From Candidatus Limnocylindrales bacterium (GTDB lineage: Bacteria > Chloroflexota > Limnocylindria > Limnocylindrales > CSP1-4): 58,313 nucleotides of DNA. Shown piece by piece: positions 18,240 through 28,947 of the stretch. The DNA lies in the NCBI GenBank assembly GCA_038251965.1, contig JBBSAV010000005.1, positions 1 to 58,313 on the forward strand, read 5' to 3'. How positions within the stretch are numbered: position 1 is the first letter of the stretch; each line of letters begins with the position of its first letter. Below the pieces are notes generated by a model, which did not search any database, was not told where the DNA came from, and saw only the letters and a list, made by a program, of their open reading frames with translations. A program made the position numbers and the translations under genes.

Positions 18240-18454
18240 ATCCTCCGCTCCGCGCCTATCTTCAAGACGATCCGACCGGCGCCTGGTCATGGAGGCGGAG
18301 CCGCGGCAGCCGGACGCGGCCGAGCGCATCCTTCCCCCACCAAGGCTCTTGTCGGGCAAGGGGCCTCCTGACCAGGACCCATCTCAACACGGACGTTCAT
18401 CGCCTCGATGGCAGCCCGATCCGACCAATACATGAAGACCCAAGGAGAGATTCG

Positions 18455-19951
18455 ATGAAGAGACCAGTGGTTACGCTCCTTGCGAGCACGCTCGCCACAG
18501 CGGTCGTCCTGAGCGGCGGCCTATCCCTCATGGCCGCAGCACAGGACTCCTCAGACGCGACCATCCAGATCGGCTCGCTGTACGAACCACAGAACCTCGA
18601 CAACACGGCCGGCGGCGGCCAGGGTGTCACTGAGGCATTCAATGGCAACGTCTACGAAGGTCTGTTCCAGCTCACCGACGCCGGCGAGGTCGAGCCCCTG
18701 CTGGCCGAGAGCTACACGATGAGCGACGACGGCCTCACGTACACCTTCCAGCTCAGGCCGGGAGTCACGTTCCATTCCGGCAAGGCCCTCACGTCGGAGG
18801 ACGTCAAGTTCAGCATCGAGCGGGTGTTCGCCCCCGATTCACAGTCGGCCCGAAAGTCGAGCTTCGGAGCCATCGCGAGCATCGAGACACCGACTCCCGA
18901 CACCGTGGTCGTGACGCTCGAAAGCCCTTCGATCTCGTTCATCTATAACCTCGCGTACGTGTGGATGATGAACAAGGACGCCACGGACCTCACCACCACC
19001 GAAGACGGCACGGGCCCGTACGTGCTGGACGACTGGACGCGCGGCAGCTCCCTGTCACTGAGCCGCTTCGATGGCTACTGGGGAACTCCGGCCGCCAACA
19101 AGGAAGTCGTCTTCGAGTACTTCACGGACGCTACTGCTTTGAGCAACGCGCTTCTCACCGATGCCGTCGACATCGTCACGAACGTGCAGAGCCCCGACGC
19201 GCTCAGCCTGTTCGAGGGTAACCCCGACTACGTGGTCAACGACGGGACATCGACCACCAAGGAGCTGCTCGCGTTCAACGACCGTGTCGCACCGTTCGAC
19301 AAGGTCGAGGTCCGCAAGGCGGTGTACTCGGCCATCGACCGCGCCAAGCTGCTCGATGCCGTCTGGGGCGGCAAAGGGACCTTGATCGGCTCGATGGTTC
19401 CGCCGACCGATCCCTGGTACATCGATCTGGTGGCCGAGAACCCCTACGATCCCGAGCTCGCGAAGCAGTTGCTCACCGATGCCGGATACCCCGATGGCTT
19501 CGAGTTCACGCTGGACACGCCGACCTACGACCCCCACCCGCTGGTCGCCGAGTTCGTCAAGAGCGAGCTGGCCAAGATCGGGGTGACCGTCGATATCAAC
19601 TCCATCACCTCGGACGAGTGGTATACGAAGGTGTTCCAGCAGCAGGACTTCGAGGCGACCCTGCAGGAGCACGTCAACGATCGTGACGTGGTCTGGTACG
19701 GAGACCCGGGCTTCTACTGGGGTTACGACAACCCGCAGGTGACGACCTGGGTCGCCGAAGCCGAGGCGGCCAAGACCGTCGAGGAGCAGACCGCCAAGCT
19801 CAAGCTCGTCAACGAGCAGATCGCCAAGGATGCCGCCAGTGCGTGGCTGTACCTGTACCCACAGCTGGTGGTGGCCTCGGCCGACGTCAGCGGCTACCCC
19901 GTCAACGGTCTCAACTCGCAGTTCCCTGCCTACGACATCGTCAAGGGCTAG
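18455..19951 (+). CDS. Peptide/nickel (family 5) ABC substrate-binding protein
   Basis: Signal peptide; YTFQLRPGVTFHSG, GTGPY, VRKA; AAGGAG RBS. Confidence 0.92.
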   Translation: MKRPVVTLLASTLATAVVLSGGLSLMAAAQDSSDATIQIGSLYEPQNLDNTAGGGQGVTEAFNGNVYEGLFQLTDAGEVEPLLAESYTMSDDGLTYTFQLRPGVTFHSGKALTSEDVKFSIERVFAPDSQSARKSSFGAIASIETPTPDTVVVTLESPSISFIYNLAYVWMMNKDATDLTTTEDGTGPYVLDDWTRGSSLSLSRFDGYWGTPAANKEVVFEYFTDATALSNALLTDAVDIVTNVQSPDALSLFEGNPDYVVNDGTSTTKELLAFNDRVAPFDKVEVRKAVYSAIDRAKLLDAVWGGKGTLIGSMVPPTDPWYIDLVAENPYDPELAKQLLTDAGYPDGFEFTLDTPTYDPHPLVAEFVKSELAKIGVTVDINSITSDEWYTKVFQQQDFEATLQEHVNDRDVVWYGDPGFYWGYDNPQVTTWVAEAEAAKTVEEQTAKLKLVNEQIAKDAASAWLYLYPQLVVASADVSGYPVNGLNSQFPAYDIVKG

Positions 19952-19958
19952 GGCACGA

Positions 19959-19992
19959 CCGGGGTCCCGACGCGCGAACGACGGGACCCCGG
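19959..19992 (+). terminator. Intercistronic hairpin after the SBP gene
   Basis: ccggggtcccg ... cgggaccccgg 11-bp stem. Confidence 0.6.
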
Positions 19993-20059
19993 CAGATCGC
20001 CGGCACTGCGGCGATGCGCCGATACCTTGAGCCAGGAAGGGCAACGAGACTAGCGAGAC

Positions 20060-21019
20060 ATGGCTCAGTATCTTCTGCGACGCACCGCCATCCTCGTGGG
20101 GTCATTGCTGATCGCGATGGTCGCGATCTTCCTCCTCCTCCGAGCGTTGCCCGGCGACCCGGCCAACGCGCTGCTGACGGTCCAGGCGACGCCCCAGCAG
20201 ATCGCCGCAGCGCGGGCCCAAGTCGGGGCGGATCTTCCGATGCTCGAGCAGTTCGCCGACTGGTTCCGCGGCATGGTCACGCTGGATTTCGGAAGCTCGT
20301 TCATCAGCACATTGCCGGTGGCCCCGGAGGTCGCCTCGCGGCTGGCCGTGACCATCCCCCTCACCTTCCTGGCCTTCGGGTTTGCCTTCGTGCTGTCGCT
20401 GGTGATGGGCTTCGTTGCCGCCTACAAGGCTGACCGTTGGTACGGCGCCGCACTCTCCGCCTTCTCGCAGCTGTTCATCGCCATCCCGGCATTCTGGGTG
20501 GGCATCCTGCTCATCGGCATCTTCGCTCTGCGGCTCGGGGCATTGCCCGCCGGCGGGTTCCCTCGGGAGGGCTGGTCCGACCCGGGTGCCGCGCTCACGC
20601 ACCTCGCACTGCCGGTCCTGACGGTCGCCCTGGTGATGGCCGGATCGCTGTCGCGCTACGTCCGCAGTGCCACCATCGACGTGCTCGGCAGCGACTACCT
20701 CAGGAACGCCCGCGCCATGGGATCCACGATGGGGGTGGCCATGCTCCGCCATGGCCTGCGCAACGGGGCCATCCCGGTCATCTCCATCCTCGGCATCGAG
20801 CTCGCCACCACCTTCCTGGGGGCCGTGGTCATCGAGGCCGTCTTCGCGCTTCCAGGCCTTGGAAGCATGCTTCTCAAGGCGATCGCACAACACGACTATC
20901 CGAATATCCAGGGGATCCTCTTCGTCAGCACCATGCTGGTGCTGATCGTCGGCTTCATCGCGGACGTCGCACAGCGCGTGGTCGATCCACGCTTGCGCCA
21001 CACGGCACGGTCGTCATGA
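20060..21019 (+). CDS. Peptide ABC permease (DppB-like)
   Basis: LPGDPA, DYLRNARAMG, IEAVFALPGLG. Confidence 0.92.
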   Translation: MAQYLLRRTAILVGSLLIAMVAIFLLLRALPGDPANALLTVQATPQQIAAARAQVGADLPMLEQFADWFRGMVTLDFGSSFISTLPVAPEVASRLAVTIPLTFLAFGFAFVLSLVMGFVAAYKADRWYGAALSAFSQLFIAIPAFWVGILLIGIFALRLGALPAGGFPREGWSDPGAALTHLALPVLTVALVMAGSLSRYVRSATIDVLGSDYLRNARAMGSTMGVAMLRHGLRNGAIPVISILGIELATTFLGAVVIEAVFALPGLGSMLLKAIAQHDYPNIQGILFVSTMLVLIVGFIADVAQRVVDPRLRHTARSS

Positions 21020-21921
21020 GCACGCCGGGCGAGCCGGAGGGTTCGGCCGAGGCCGATCCGGACGACACGCCACCGCCCGACACGCGACCGCCCGACAAGC
21101 GGCGCCGCCGCCGCCGTTCCCTCCTCCTCATCGTGGGCCTGCTCATGGTCGGGACGATCGTGCTCATCGCGCTGGTGTCGCTGGCGTGGCTGCCATACGA
21201 TCTGAGCGACACGTCAGGCAGCCGCCTGGAGGGTCCATCGATCGCCCACTGGCTGGGCACGGACCGGCTGGGCCGGGACCTCTTCACGCAGCTCATGGTC
21301 GGTGCCCGCATCGCCCTCATGGTCGGACTCGGGGCCGTCGCGGTTGGTGCTGCCATCGGCGTCACTGTCGGCCTGGTGGCAGCGTTCGCCTCCGGCTGGT
21401 TGGATGACGTGTTGTCCGCCGGCATGGACATCATGATCGCCTTTCCCCTGCTCCTGCTGGCCATGCTGTTCGTGGCCGTGACGGGGGCATCACTCATCAC
21501 GGTGACGGTGGCCATCGGGCTGGCCGTGTCTGCGATCGTGGCCCGACTCACGCGGATCGTCTCCAAACGAGTCCTGGCGCAGCAATACATCACGGCTGCG
21601 CGCACGTCCGGTACCGGCTCGCTGGGAATCGTCTGGCAGCACGTCCTGCCCAACATCTGGCCCACGATCAGCGTCAATCTGGGGCTATTGTTCGGTGTCG
21701 CCGTCCTCGCGGAGGCGAGCCTCTCGTACCTTGGGCTGGGCGCACCGCCACCCAACTCTTCCTGGGGCCGACTGTTGCAGGAGGCACAGTCCACGGTCGT
21801 GACCGCCCCCCTGGGAGCGATCGCCCCGGGTGTCGTGCTGGTGATCCTCGTGATCGGCGTCAACCTGCTGGTCGACGGACTACGGGATGTCGCGGACCCG
21901 ACACAGGCTCGATCCCGATGA
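21016..21921 (+). CDS. Peptide ABC permease (DppC-like)
   Basis: HWLGTDRLGRD, YITAARTSG, EASLSYLGLG. Confidence 0.92.
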   Translation: MSTPGEPEGSAEADPDDTPPPDTRPPDKRRRRRRSLLLIVGLLMVGTIVLIALVSLAWLPYDLSDTSGSRLEGPSIAHWLGTDRLGRDLFTQLMVGARIALMVGLGAVAVGAAIGVTVGLVAAFASGWLDDVLSAGMDIMIAFPLLLLAMLFVAVTGASLITVTVAIGLAVSAIVARLTRIVSKRVLAQQYITAARTSGTGSLGIVWQHVLPNIWPTISVNLGLLFGVAVLAEASLSYLGLGAPPPNSSWGRLLQEAQSTVVTAPLGAIAPGVVLVILVIGVNLLVDGLRDVADPTQARSR

Positions 21922-22730
21922 GCCTGCTGGAGGTAGCGTCGCTCAGCGTCATCTCACCGGACGACGACCCTCTCGTGCGGGAGGTCTCCTTCACGGTCGC
22001 ACCCGGCGAACGCCTTGGACTGATCGGCGAATCCGGTTCCGGGAAGTCGCTCACGGCATTCGCCATCATGGGGCTCCTTCCCGCAGGGCTGAAGTCGACC
22101 GGCAGCGTCGTGCTCGACGGCACCCAAGTCATCGGTGCATCAGAGAAGCAGCTGGTGCCGTTGCGCGGCCGAGTGTGTGCCTTCATCTTCCAGGAGCCGC
22201 TGACCGCGCTGGACCCGTTGATGAAGCTGGGCCGTCAGGTGGCGGAGCCCATCGCGCGTCACCAAGGCCTGCGCGGTTCGGCCCTCAAACGAGCCGTGCT
22301 GGATGCCCTTGACGAGGTGCACCTCTCCGAGCCCGAACGCATCGCGGGCTCACGCTCCTACGAGATCTCCGGCGGACAACGGCAACGGGTCGCCATCGCC
22401 ATGGCCCTCGCCTGCAGTCCACGACTGCTGATCGCGGATGAGCCCACCACCGCGCTTGACGTGACCGTTCAGTCCGACGTGCTCGACCTCCTCGATCACC
22501 TCGTCGCGGACCGGGACATGGCCATGATCTTCGTCAGCCATGACCTGGCGATCGTCTCGCGCATGACCGACCACGCCCTGGTCATGCGGAACGGCGAGGC
22601 GGTCGAGCGGGGGAGCATCGGACAGCTCCTGGCGTCACCACAGCACCCCTACACCGCGGCATTCGCCGCCAGCGCGTATCGCATCGAGGCCGGATTCGCA
22701 GCGTCCATCTCCCAGGGCCGCGACGAATGA
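21918..22730 (+). CDS. Peptide ABC ATP-binding protein (DppD-like)
   Basis: [24 protein letters not shown]. Confidence 0.92.
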   Translation: MSLLEVASLSVISPDDDPLVREVSFTVAPGERLGLIGESGSGKSLTAFAIMGLLPAGLKSTGSVVLDGTQVIGASEKQLVPLRGRVCAFIFQEPLTALDPLMKLGRQVAEPIARHQGLRGSALKRAVLDALDEVHLSEPERIAGSRSYEISGGQRQRVAIAMALACSPRLLIADEPTTALDVTVQSDVLDLLDHLVADRDMAMIFVSHDLAIVSRMTDHALVMRNGEAVERGSIGQLLASPQHPYTAAFAASAYRIEAGFAASISQGRDE

Positions 22731-23500
22731 CACCGATCCTGGGGCTCGACGACGTGAGCTTCACGTATCGAGGTGCCCACACCGGGCAGCACGCCGTGCA
22801 GGGTGTCTCGTTCAGCATCGAACCGGGACAGAACACCGGCCTGGTCGGCGAGTCCGGCTCCGGCAAGACGACACTGGTCAGACTGCTGCTCGGCCTCCTG
22901 AGGCCGACCACAGGCCAGGTCCGCTTCGATGGAGAGCCGCTCGACCTCGGAGACCGTACGCAGGTCCGTGCATTCCGCCGCAGCGTGCAGACGGTCTTCC
23001 AGGACCCCTACTCGTCCCTCGACCCGCGGCAGCGCGTCGGTCGCATCGTGGGCGAGCCGGTGCGGTCATTGCAGATCGCGAGCGGCGGTGAGGCGACTAC
23101 GCTCGTCGCGGAAGCGCTCGATTCGGTCGGACTGTCCGCCGACGCCGCCTCTCGCTATCCACATGAGTTTTCCGGCGGGCAGCGCCAGCGCATCGCCATC
23201 GCCCGGGCCATCGTCAGCCGACCTCGCGTCCTCCTGGCCGATGAACCGGTCAGCGCCCTCGATGTCATCACCCGCAGCCAGGTGATCGACCTGCTGGCGG
23301 ATCTGCGCGCAAGCCGGGACCTGACCGTCCTCATGGTCTCCCATGACCTCGGCGTCGTCGGCGCGCTCTGTCAGCGCACCATCGTCCTGAAGGGAGGCCG
23401 GATCGTCGAGCAGGGGACGACCGCTGGCGTGTTGGGCGCACCGAGCGAGGCGTACACGCGGCAGCTGCTGGCGGCCGTGCCGCGGCTGCCGCAGATCTGA
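22727..23500 (+). CDS. Peptide ABC ATP-binding protein (DppF-like)
   Basis: GESGSGKT, FQDPYSSL, YPHEFSGGQRQR. Confidence 0.92.
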   Translation: MTPILGLDDVSFTYRGAHTGQHAVQGVSFSIEPGQNTGLVGESGSGKTTLVRLLLGLLRPTTGQVRFDGEPLDLGDRTQVRAFRRSVQTVFQDPYSSLDPRQRVGRIVGEPVRSLQIASGGEATTLVAEALDSVGLSADAASRYPHEFSGGQRQRIAIARAIVSRPRVLLADEPVSALDVITRSQVIDLLADLRASRDLTVLMVSHDLGVVGALCQRTIVLKGGRIVEQGTTAGVLGAPSEAYTRQLLAAVPRLPQI

Positions 23501-23506
23501 CCGTCC

Positions 23507-23995
23507 TTATGCGCCTTGCGCAGCCTCTTGGTCAGCAGCTCGCCGAATGGCGGCGATATCGATCTTGTGCATCCCCAGCATGGCCGTGGTGGCACGTGCG
23601 GCGCGCGCGGGGTCGGCGTCACCCAGCAGCTGCTCGAGCTCCCGTGGGATGACCTGCCAGGAGAGTCCGAAGCGGTCCTTGAGCCAGCCGCACATGCTCT
23701 CCTCACCACCCTCGGAGAGCTTCGCCCAGTAGTCATCGACCTCGGCCTGGTCAGCACAATCGATGAGCAGCGAGATGGCCTCATCGAAGGTGAACTGGGG
23801 CCCGCCGTTGATCGCGGTCAGTCGCTGGCCGTCAAGCTCGAAGCTGACCGCGAGGACCGAGCCAGCCTCACGTGGGCCGGCCTCGCCGTAGCGATCGACC
23901 TTGATGATGCGTGAGTCGGGGAAGACCGAGACGTAGAACTCGGCCGCCTCCAGCGCTTGCATATCGAACCAGAGGCTGGGATGGATCGCCGGCAT
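23507..23995 (-). CDS. VOC/PhnB-like protein
   Basis: PSLWF..QA.EAAEFY, NGGPQF, CGWLKDRFGLSWQ. Confidence 0.9.
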   Translation of the reverse strand: MPAIHPSLWFDMQALEAAEFYVSVFPDSRIIKVDRYGEAGPREAGSVLAVSFELDGQRLTAINGGPQFTFDEAISLLIDCADQAEVDDYWAKLSEGGEESMCGWLKDRFGLSWQVIPRELEQLLGDADPARAARATTAMLGMHKIDIAAIRRAADQEAAQGA

Positions 23996-24096
23996 CTGCT
24001 ACTCCTCTTTCGCGGACGGTCGCCCGGGAGAGCGACACGATAGCGGCACGGCTCCCCGAATGGAAGCGGTCTCGTGTGGGCGGAGTGAGGCTGGCC

Positions 24097-24825
24097 TCAG
24101 ACAGCCGCCCTGGCCGACCTCGCCGACCACCAGGCAGCGAGCAGCACCAGCACGAGCGCCGTGCCAGCCCCGATGGCCAGGCCGGCAGCGACATCGGTGA
24201 ACCAGTGGACGCGCAGGTAGATCCGACTCGCTGCCATGATCAAGGCGTAGACCGCGCCGACCACGAGCAGCGGACGACGGAGCGGGCCGGCCGGCACCCA
24301 CACCAGCACCAGCATCAGCGCCACCGCCGCCGCCGTGAGCGAGTGGCCCGAGGCGAACGACCAAGTGTGCTCCACGACCAACCCCTGCGGGGGCCGAGGT
24401 CGCTGGTAGATCTCCTTGATGGCGACGTTGAGGGCGGTGGCCACGGTGAAGACGAGCAGCCAGACCGCCACGGCCGACCAGCGTCGCTGCCAGACCAGGA
24501 CGACCGACCCCACGACCACGAGGACCGTCATGCTCAACGTGTCCCCGATCAGGGCAAGTAGTTCCGCGGCGCTGACGAGCACGGAGTACTCGTGGTTGAC
24601 CGCGACCCCCCAGAACCAGTCGTCCAGCGGCGCCACAGCATCGGCAAGCAGCGGCACGGCCATCACCACGAGCAGGAGACCGGCGATCGCGGCGAACACG
24701 AGGGCCCAGCGCCGATAAGCGGGACCGGCGGCATCGATCGACGGGTCGGGGGTGGTCCCGGCGGTCTCGGGCATGTCGGTCTCGGCCATGTCGTTCTCGG
24801 CGGTCTCGGCCGTGTCGGTCGTCAT
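24097..24825 (-). CDS. PAP2-family phosphatase
   Basis: K....RPRP, SFASGH, SRIYLRVHWFTD. Confidence 0.9.
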   Translation of the reverse strand: MTTDTAETAENDMAETDMPETAGTTPDPSIDAAGPAYRRWALVFAAIAGLLLVVMAVPLLADAVAPLDDWFWGVAVNHEYSVLVSAAELLALIGDTLSMTVLVVVGSVVLVWQRRWSAVAVWLLVFTVATALNVAIKEIYQRPRPPQGLVVEHTWSFASGHSLTAAAVALMLVLVWVPAGPLRRPLLVVGAVYALIMAASRIYLRVHWFTDVAAGLAIGAGTALVLVLLAAWWSARSARAAV

Positions 24826-24845
24826 CTACCCGCTAGCCTATGCCC

Positions 24846-25532
24846 ATGAGCGTCCGCGCCGCGACCATGATCCGACCACTGCCCACGCCCGAGCCCGATG
24901 GGGCGGTGTTTTCCTTCGACCGGGTCTCTGTGCGCTTCGGTCAAAGCGAGGTATTGCATGACGTCGACCTGGAGGTCGCAGGGTCCGGCATCACCGCGGT
25001 GTTGGGGTCGTCCGGGTCCGGCAAGTCGACCCTGACGCGGTTGTGCAACCGGTTGTTGGACGCCACCAGCGGCACGGTTCGCCTTCGCGGCACCGATGTG
25101 CGGGAGCTTGACGTGCTGCAGCTGCGCCACACGGTGGGCATGGTCTTCCAGCGGCCGACACTCTTCGACGGCAGCGTCGGCGACAACCTCGCCGCCACCG
25201 GCGTGACCGATCGGGACGCACACCGCGAGGTGCTCGGATCGGTCGGCCTGGATGCCGACTTCCTGCCGCGTGATTCGGCCACGTTGTCCGGGGGCGAGGC
25301 CCAGCGTGCCTGCCTGGCACGAACGCTGTTGATGCGGCCGCGGGTGCTGGTGGCAGACGAGCCCACGGCTTCGCTCGATGAGGCCGCCGCTCGCACACTC
25401 GAAGGGCTGGCCCGGCGACTGGCCGACGACGGTGTGCCCATCCTCTGGGTCACCCACGACCTCGCGCAGGTGGAACGGATCGCTGACCGACGCGTGACGC
25501 TCGAAGCCGGCCGCGTGGTAGCGGTCGCATGA
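24846..25532 (+). CDS. fetA: ABC ATP-binding protein (FetA/YbbL-like)
   Basis: GSSGSGKS, LSGGE, DEPT; directly upstream of a UPF0014 permease. Confidence 0.75.
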   Translation: MSVRAATMIRPLPTPEPDGAVFSFDRVSVRFGQSEVLHDVDLEVAGSGITAVLGSSGSGKSTLTRLCNRLLDATSGTVRLRGTDVRELDVLQLRHTVGMVFQRPTLFDGSVGDNLAATGVTDRDAHREVLGSVGLDADFLPRDSATLSGGEAQRACLARTLLMRPRVLVADEPTASLDEAAARTLEGLARRLADDGVPILWVTHDLAQVERIADRRVTLEAGRVVAVA

Positions 25533-25566
25533 TCGCGGCGACCGCCGTCCCCGGGGTGGTGCACCG

Positions 25567-26346
25567 ATGAGCGGACCGGTCGAGCTGCTCGGGGTGGCCG
25601 CATCAGGGCTGCTGGTGCTGGTCGCGGTGGCGGTCTCGTGGTGGGTCGGACTTGGCCTTGGCCGCGACCTCATCGAAGCCTCGCTCCGAGCGCTCGTGCA
25701 GCTGGCGCTGCTGGGCCTGATCCTGGCGGCCATGATCGCGCCGGGCCAACCACTGGCATTGTCGTGGCTGTGGGTGGCGGTGATGGTCCTGTTCGCCGGC
25801 TGGACCGTGCACCGGCGCATCCCTGACGTGCCCCGGCTGTGGCTGCTGTCGATGGCCGCGTTCGCAGCGTCGGCCGCGGTGACGCTTGGCGTCCTGTTCG
25901 GCGCCGGAGTCTTCCCCGTCGAGGGCCGCACGGTCGTGCCCCTGGCCGGCCTGATGATCGGCAACTCCATGACGGCCACCGTGCTGGTGACGCGTCGCAT
26001 CATGGCCGAGTTCAAGGACAAACGACTCGAGATCGAGGCTCGGCTCGCGCTCGGCCAGCCATCCTCACAGGCAGCCGCGCCGTACCTGCGTGAGGCCCTG
26101 CGCACCGCGCTCATCCCCCAGATCGAAACGACCAAGGCGGTCGGCATCGTGTTCCTGCCGGGCATGATGGTGGGCCTGTTGCTGGCCGGCGTGACCCCCG
26201 TCGGTGCGGTGCAGGCACAGGTGGTGATCATGTACCTGGTACTGGGCTCGGTGGCGGTGACGACCAGCGTCATCGCACTGGGCATGCGGCGGATCCTCTT
26301 CACCTCCGCTCACCAGTTGCATCTTCCCAACGACGAAGCGAGGTGA
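25567..26346 (+). CDS. fetB: UPF0014 iron-export ABC permease
   Basis: RALVQL, GNSM, IEARLALG, GIVFLPGMMVG. Confidence 0.85.
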   Translation: MSGPVELLGVAASGLLVLVAVAVSWWVGLGLGRDLIEASLRALVQLALLGLILAAMIAPGQPLALSWLWVAVMVLFAGWTVHRRIPDVPRLWLLSMAAFAASAAVTLGVLFGAGVFPVEGRTVVPLAGLMIGNSMTATVLVTRRIMAEFKDKRLEIEARLALGQPSSQAAAPYLREALRTALIPQIETTKAVGIVFLPGMMVGLLLAGVTPVGAVQAQVVIMYLVLGSVAVTTSVIALGMRRILFTSAHQLHLPNDEAR

Positions 26347-27350
26347 GCCGCGCGAGGCCCTTCCACGACCTGACCGTGCTTGGACAAGCTCGCCGCCTGC
26401 GCCCCATGGTGGAGGAAGCGCTGCGCTGTTACGACATCGACGCGCGCGGTCTGCGACTCATCAGCAATGACTGGAATGGCGTGTTCCGCATCGACACGCC
26501 GACGGGACCCAGGGTCATCCGTGTCACGCGGCCCGTGCCCGGAGCGCTTCCACGCCCAGTGCACTCGGAGGTCGCCTTCATGACCGCGCTGGCTGCCGAG
26601 ACCGGCATCGCCGTGCCCGCGCTATTCGCAAACCGTGACGGCGAGCTGGTCACGCTCGCGGGCGCGCCCAGTGTCCCTGAGCCACGCGAGTGTGTCGTCT
26701 TCGGCTGGCTCGCTGGAGCGAACCTGGCATCGCGGATGGACCCAGGGAGTTGGACCGCCCTGGGCGAGTTGATGGGCCGGATGCATCGCTTCGCATCGAC
26801 GTGGGAGCCTCCGGCCGACTTCGACGTGCCGGTATTCGACCGCCTCATCCCCTACGGCGAGCCACTCGTGGTCTTCGAGCAAGACCCGGCCGAGCTGCTG
26901 GGCCTGGCCGGGCTCCTTCGTGAGGCCGCCGACGCGACCGAGGTGCGGCTCAGCGTGTTGGCCCGCGAGGGCTCGGCCGTCGTCACTCATGGCGACCTGC
27001 ACCAGTGGAACGTCAAGAGCAGGCACGGCGTGCTGTCCCCGTTCGACTTCGAGGACCTGCTGTGGGCAGCACCGATCCTGGACGTGGCCACCTCGCTCTA
27101 CTACGTGCGTGATCGGGAGGACTACCCGGCGCTGGCGCGAGCCTTTCGCCGGGGCTACCAACGACAGCGCACGTGGGTGGAGCACGAGCCGGGCGAGGTC
27201 GATCGACTGATGTTCGCGCGTGCCTTGCTGCTGCTCAACGCACTCTTCCTCGACGGGGGGCTGGCCGTCGGCGACCGGGAGTCGTTCGTTCGCCGCCGCG
27301 AGAACCTGGCACTTGTCGCGCTGGGCGAACGCGAGGCGGTCGTGCTCTAG
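26343..27350 (+). CDS. APH/homoserine-kinase-II-like phosphotransferase
   Basis: HGDLHQWN and FDFED motifs. Confidence 0.85.
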   Translation: MSRARPFHDLTVLGQARRLRPMVEEALRCYDIDARGLRLISNDWNGVFRIDTPTGPRVIRVTRPVPGALPRPVHSEVAFMTALAAETGIAVPALFANRDGELVTLAGAPSVPEPRECVVFGWLAGANLASRMDPGSWTALGELMGRMHRFASTWEPPADFDVPVFDRLIPYGEPLVVFEQDPAELLGLAGLLREAADATEVRLSVLAREGSAVVTHGDLHQWNVKSRHGVLSPFDFEDLLWAAPILDVATSLYYVRDREDYPALARAFRRGYQRQRTWVEHEPGEVDRLMFARALLLLNALFLDGGLAVGDRESFVRRRENLALVALGEREAVVL

Positions 27351-27976
27351 CCTCGAGGGCGAGTCGCGATCGAGTCGTGAGGACGAGTCGCGATGACGAG
27401 CGTGTCGAGCGCGATGCGAGGGCCCTCATCGGTATCGACCGGTCGCTCCGCGACCTCAGCCAGCCGGATCTCCAGGGTGCTGAGCGCCACGACGGTGGCA
27501 TCAAGGTCGTAGCAATGGTCCGGGTCGGTCGGTCCACCGTAGCCATGCTCGACGTTGGAGCGATCGTGCGCGATCACGAGAAGCGAGCCGCCGACAGCGA
27601 GCCAGCTCGCCGCATGTTCGAGCACGAGCCGTTGCTGGTCGGGCGGGAGCTGCAGATAGGAGATGACGACGAGGTCAACGAGCCCGGGCGGCTGGTAGGA
27701 GAGGGCGTCAGCCTCGACGATCTCGACCCGTTCGGTGACGCCGTTGTCAGCGGCGAGTCGCGCTGCCTTGGCCAGCCCGACCCCGGAGAAGTCGACGGCG
27801 GCCACGTGCCAGCCCTGCCGCGCCAGCCAAACGGCATTGCGCCCCTCCCCGGCGGCGAGGTCGATGGCGCGCCCAGGCGTGAGGCCGGCGAGGTGCCGCT
27901 CGACGAACTGGTTGGGGCCGACATCCCAGAGGTACTCCCGTCCGGCATAGCGTTCATCCCAGCGCTCGATGGCCAT
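27347..27976 (-). CDS. Class I SAM methyltransferase (TehB-like)
   Basis: WDERY, DLAAGEGRNAVWLA, VDFS. Confidence 0.88.
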   Translation of the reverse strand: MAIERWDERYAGREYLWDVGPNQFVERHLAGLTPGRAIDLAAGEGRNAVWLARQGWHVAAVDFSGVGLAKAARLAADNGVTERVEIVEADALSYQPPGLVDLVVISYLQLPPDQQRLVLEHAASWLAVGGSLLVIAHDRSNVEHGYGGPTDPDHCYDLDATVVALSTLEIRLAEVAERPVDTDEGPRIALDTLVIATRPHDSIATRPRG

Positions 27977-28905
27977 CAGGCTTCGGCCCTGGGCTCCACG
28001 AGCGCAGCCACGACCGCGGCGGCCAGCTCCCGCAGCAGGTCCTGATAGGTGCCGCCATCGGGGAGCTGCGCCACCTGGAGCTCGACGACGACGGCGCCGG
28101 TCTCGTCGGCTACGGCCCGAGCGACCGACTGCGGCGTGCCCACATCGGTGAAGACGGCTGTGGAGCCGGCAGCCTTGATGTCATCGATGAGCGCCGCGAT
28201 CTCGCGCGCGGACGGCTCGTCCGAGGAGCTCAGGCCGGGAACCACCGTCCCGATGATCTCGAAGCCGTAGCGATCGGCGAAGTAGCCCAGCGCGCCGTGC
28301 CCGGTCACCAGTCGGCGCTGATCCTCCGGCACGACCGCGAGCGTCGCGGACAGCTCGGCGTCAAGCGCCTCCAGATCTGCGATGAGCGCCGCTGTCCGGT
28401 CGCCCAGCTCCACGCCGGCCGCCGCCAGCACCGGATCGAGGGCCAGCACCACGTCCCGCATGGCCAACGGATCGAGCCAGAAGTGCGGGTCCCCCGCGGC
28501 ATGATCGTCGCCGGGCGACGCCACTGGGCCATCGCTGCCCGCCTCAGCCCCTGCGGAGCCGCGCAGTGCCACATGGTCGGTGGCATGGAAGACCGTCACT
28601 CCGTCCGCCTCAGCCTGCTCGAGCACACTGACCAGGCCTTCTTCCAGATCCAGGCCGTTGGCGACGATGAGGTCCGCCTCGAACAGGGCCTGGCTATCGC
28701 GCGCCGAGGGTTGCCATGAATGGGGGTCGACCCCACCGCTCATCAGTACGGTCACGTCCGCCACGTCTCCGGCCAGCTGGCTGACGACCGATCCGAGCAC
28801 CTCGGTCGTGGCCACCACCGAGACCCGAGCCGGGTCCTCGACGGCGGCGGCCGGCGCGGCGAACGACAGTGCGACAGCTAGCGCGACCACGGAAAGCATC
28901 CTCAT
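27976..28905 (-). CDS. Zn/Mn ABC substrate-binding protein (ZnuA/TroA family)
   Basis: DPHSWQP, NGLDLE, DPHFWLDP, H..LGYFA.RYG. Confidence 0.9.
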   Translation of the reverse strand: MRMLSVVALAVALSFAAPAAAVEDPARVSVVATTEVLGSVVSQLAGDVADVTVLMSGGVDPHSWQPSARDSQALFEADLIVANGLDLEEGLVSVLEQAEADGVTVFHATDHVALRGSAGAEAGSDGPVASPGDDHAAGDPHFWLDPLAMRDVVLALDPVLAAAGVELGDRTAALIADLEALDAELSATLAVVPEDQRRLVTGHGALGYFADRYGFEIIGTVVPGLSSSDEPSAREIAALIDDIKAAGSTAVFTDVGTPQSVARAVADETGAVVVELQVAQLPDGGTYQDLLRELAAAVVAALVEPRAEA

Positions 28906-28912
28906 CTCCACA

Positions 28913-28927
28913 TGATACTCAGTCTCA
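28913..28927. promoter_or_regulatory. Fur/Zur-type 7-1-7 operator overlapping the -10 box of the metal SBP gene
   Basis: TGATACT-C-AGTCTCA inverted repeat (1 mismatch), adjacent to a Fur-family gene. Confidence 0.65.
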
Positions 28928-28947
28928 CTATTACCTGCACAGAAGCA

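Noticed and set aside
18240-18454. Riboswitch upstream of the peptide ABC SBP
   Set aside because: No TPP, SAM, FMN, cobalamin or T-box consensus recognisable by eye; an Rfam scan would settle it
18164-23500. Prophage or integrative island at tRNA-Gly
   Set aside because: No integrase or phage genes, and I saw no duplicated tRNA 3' end in the window
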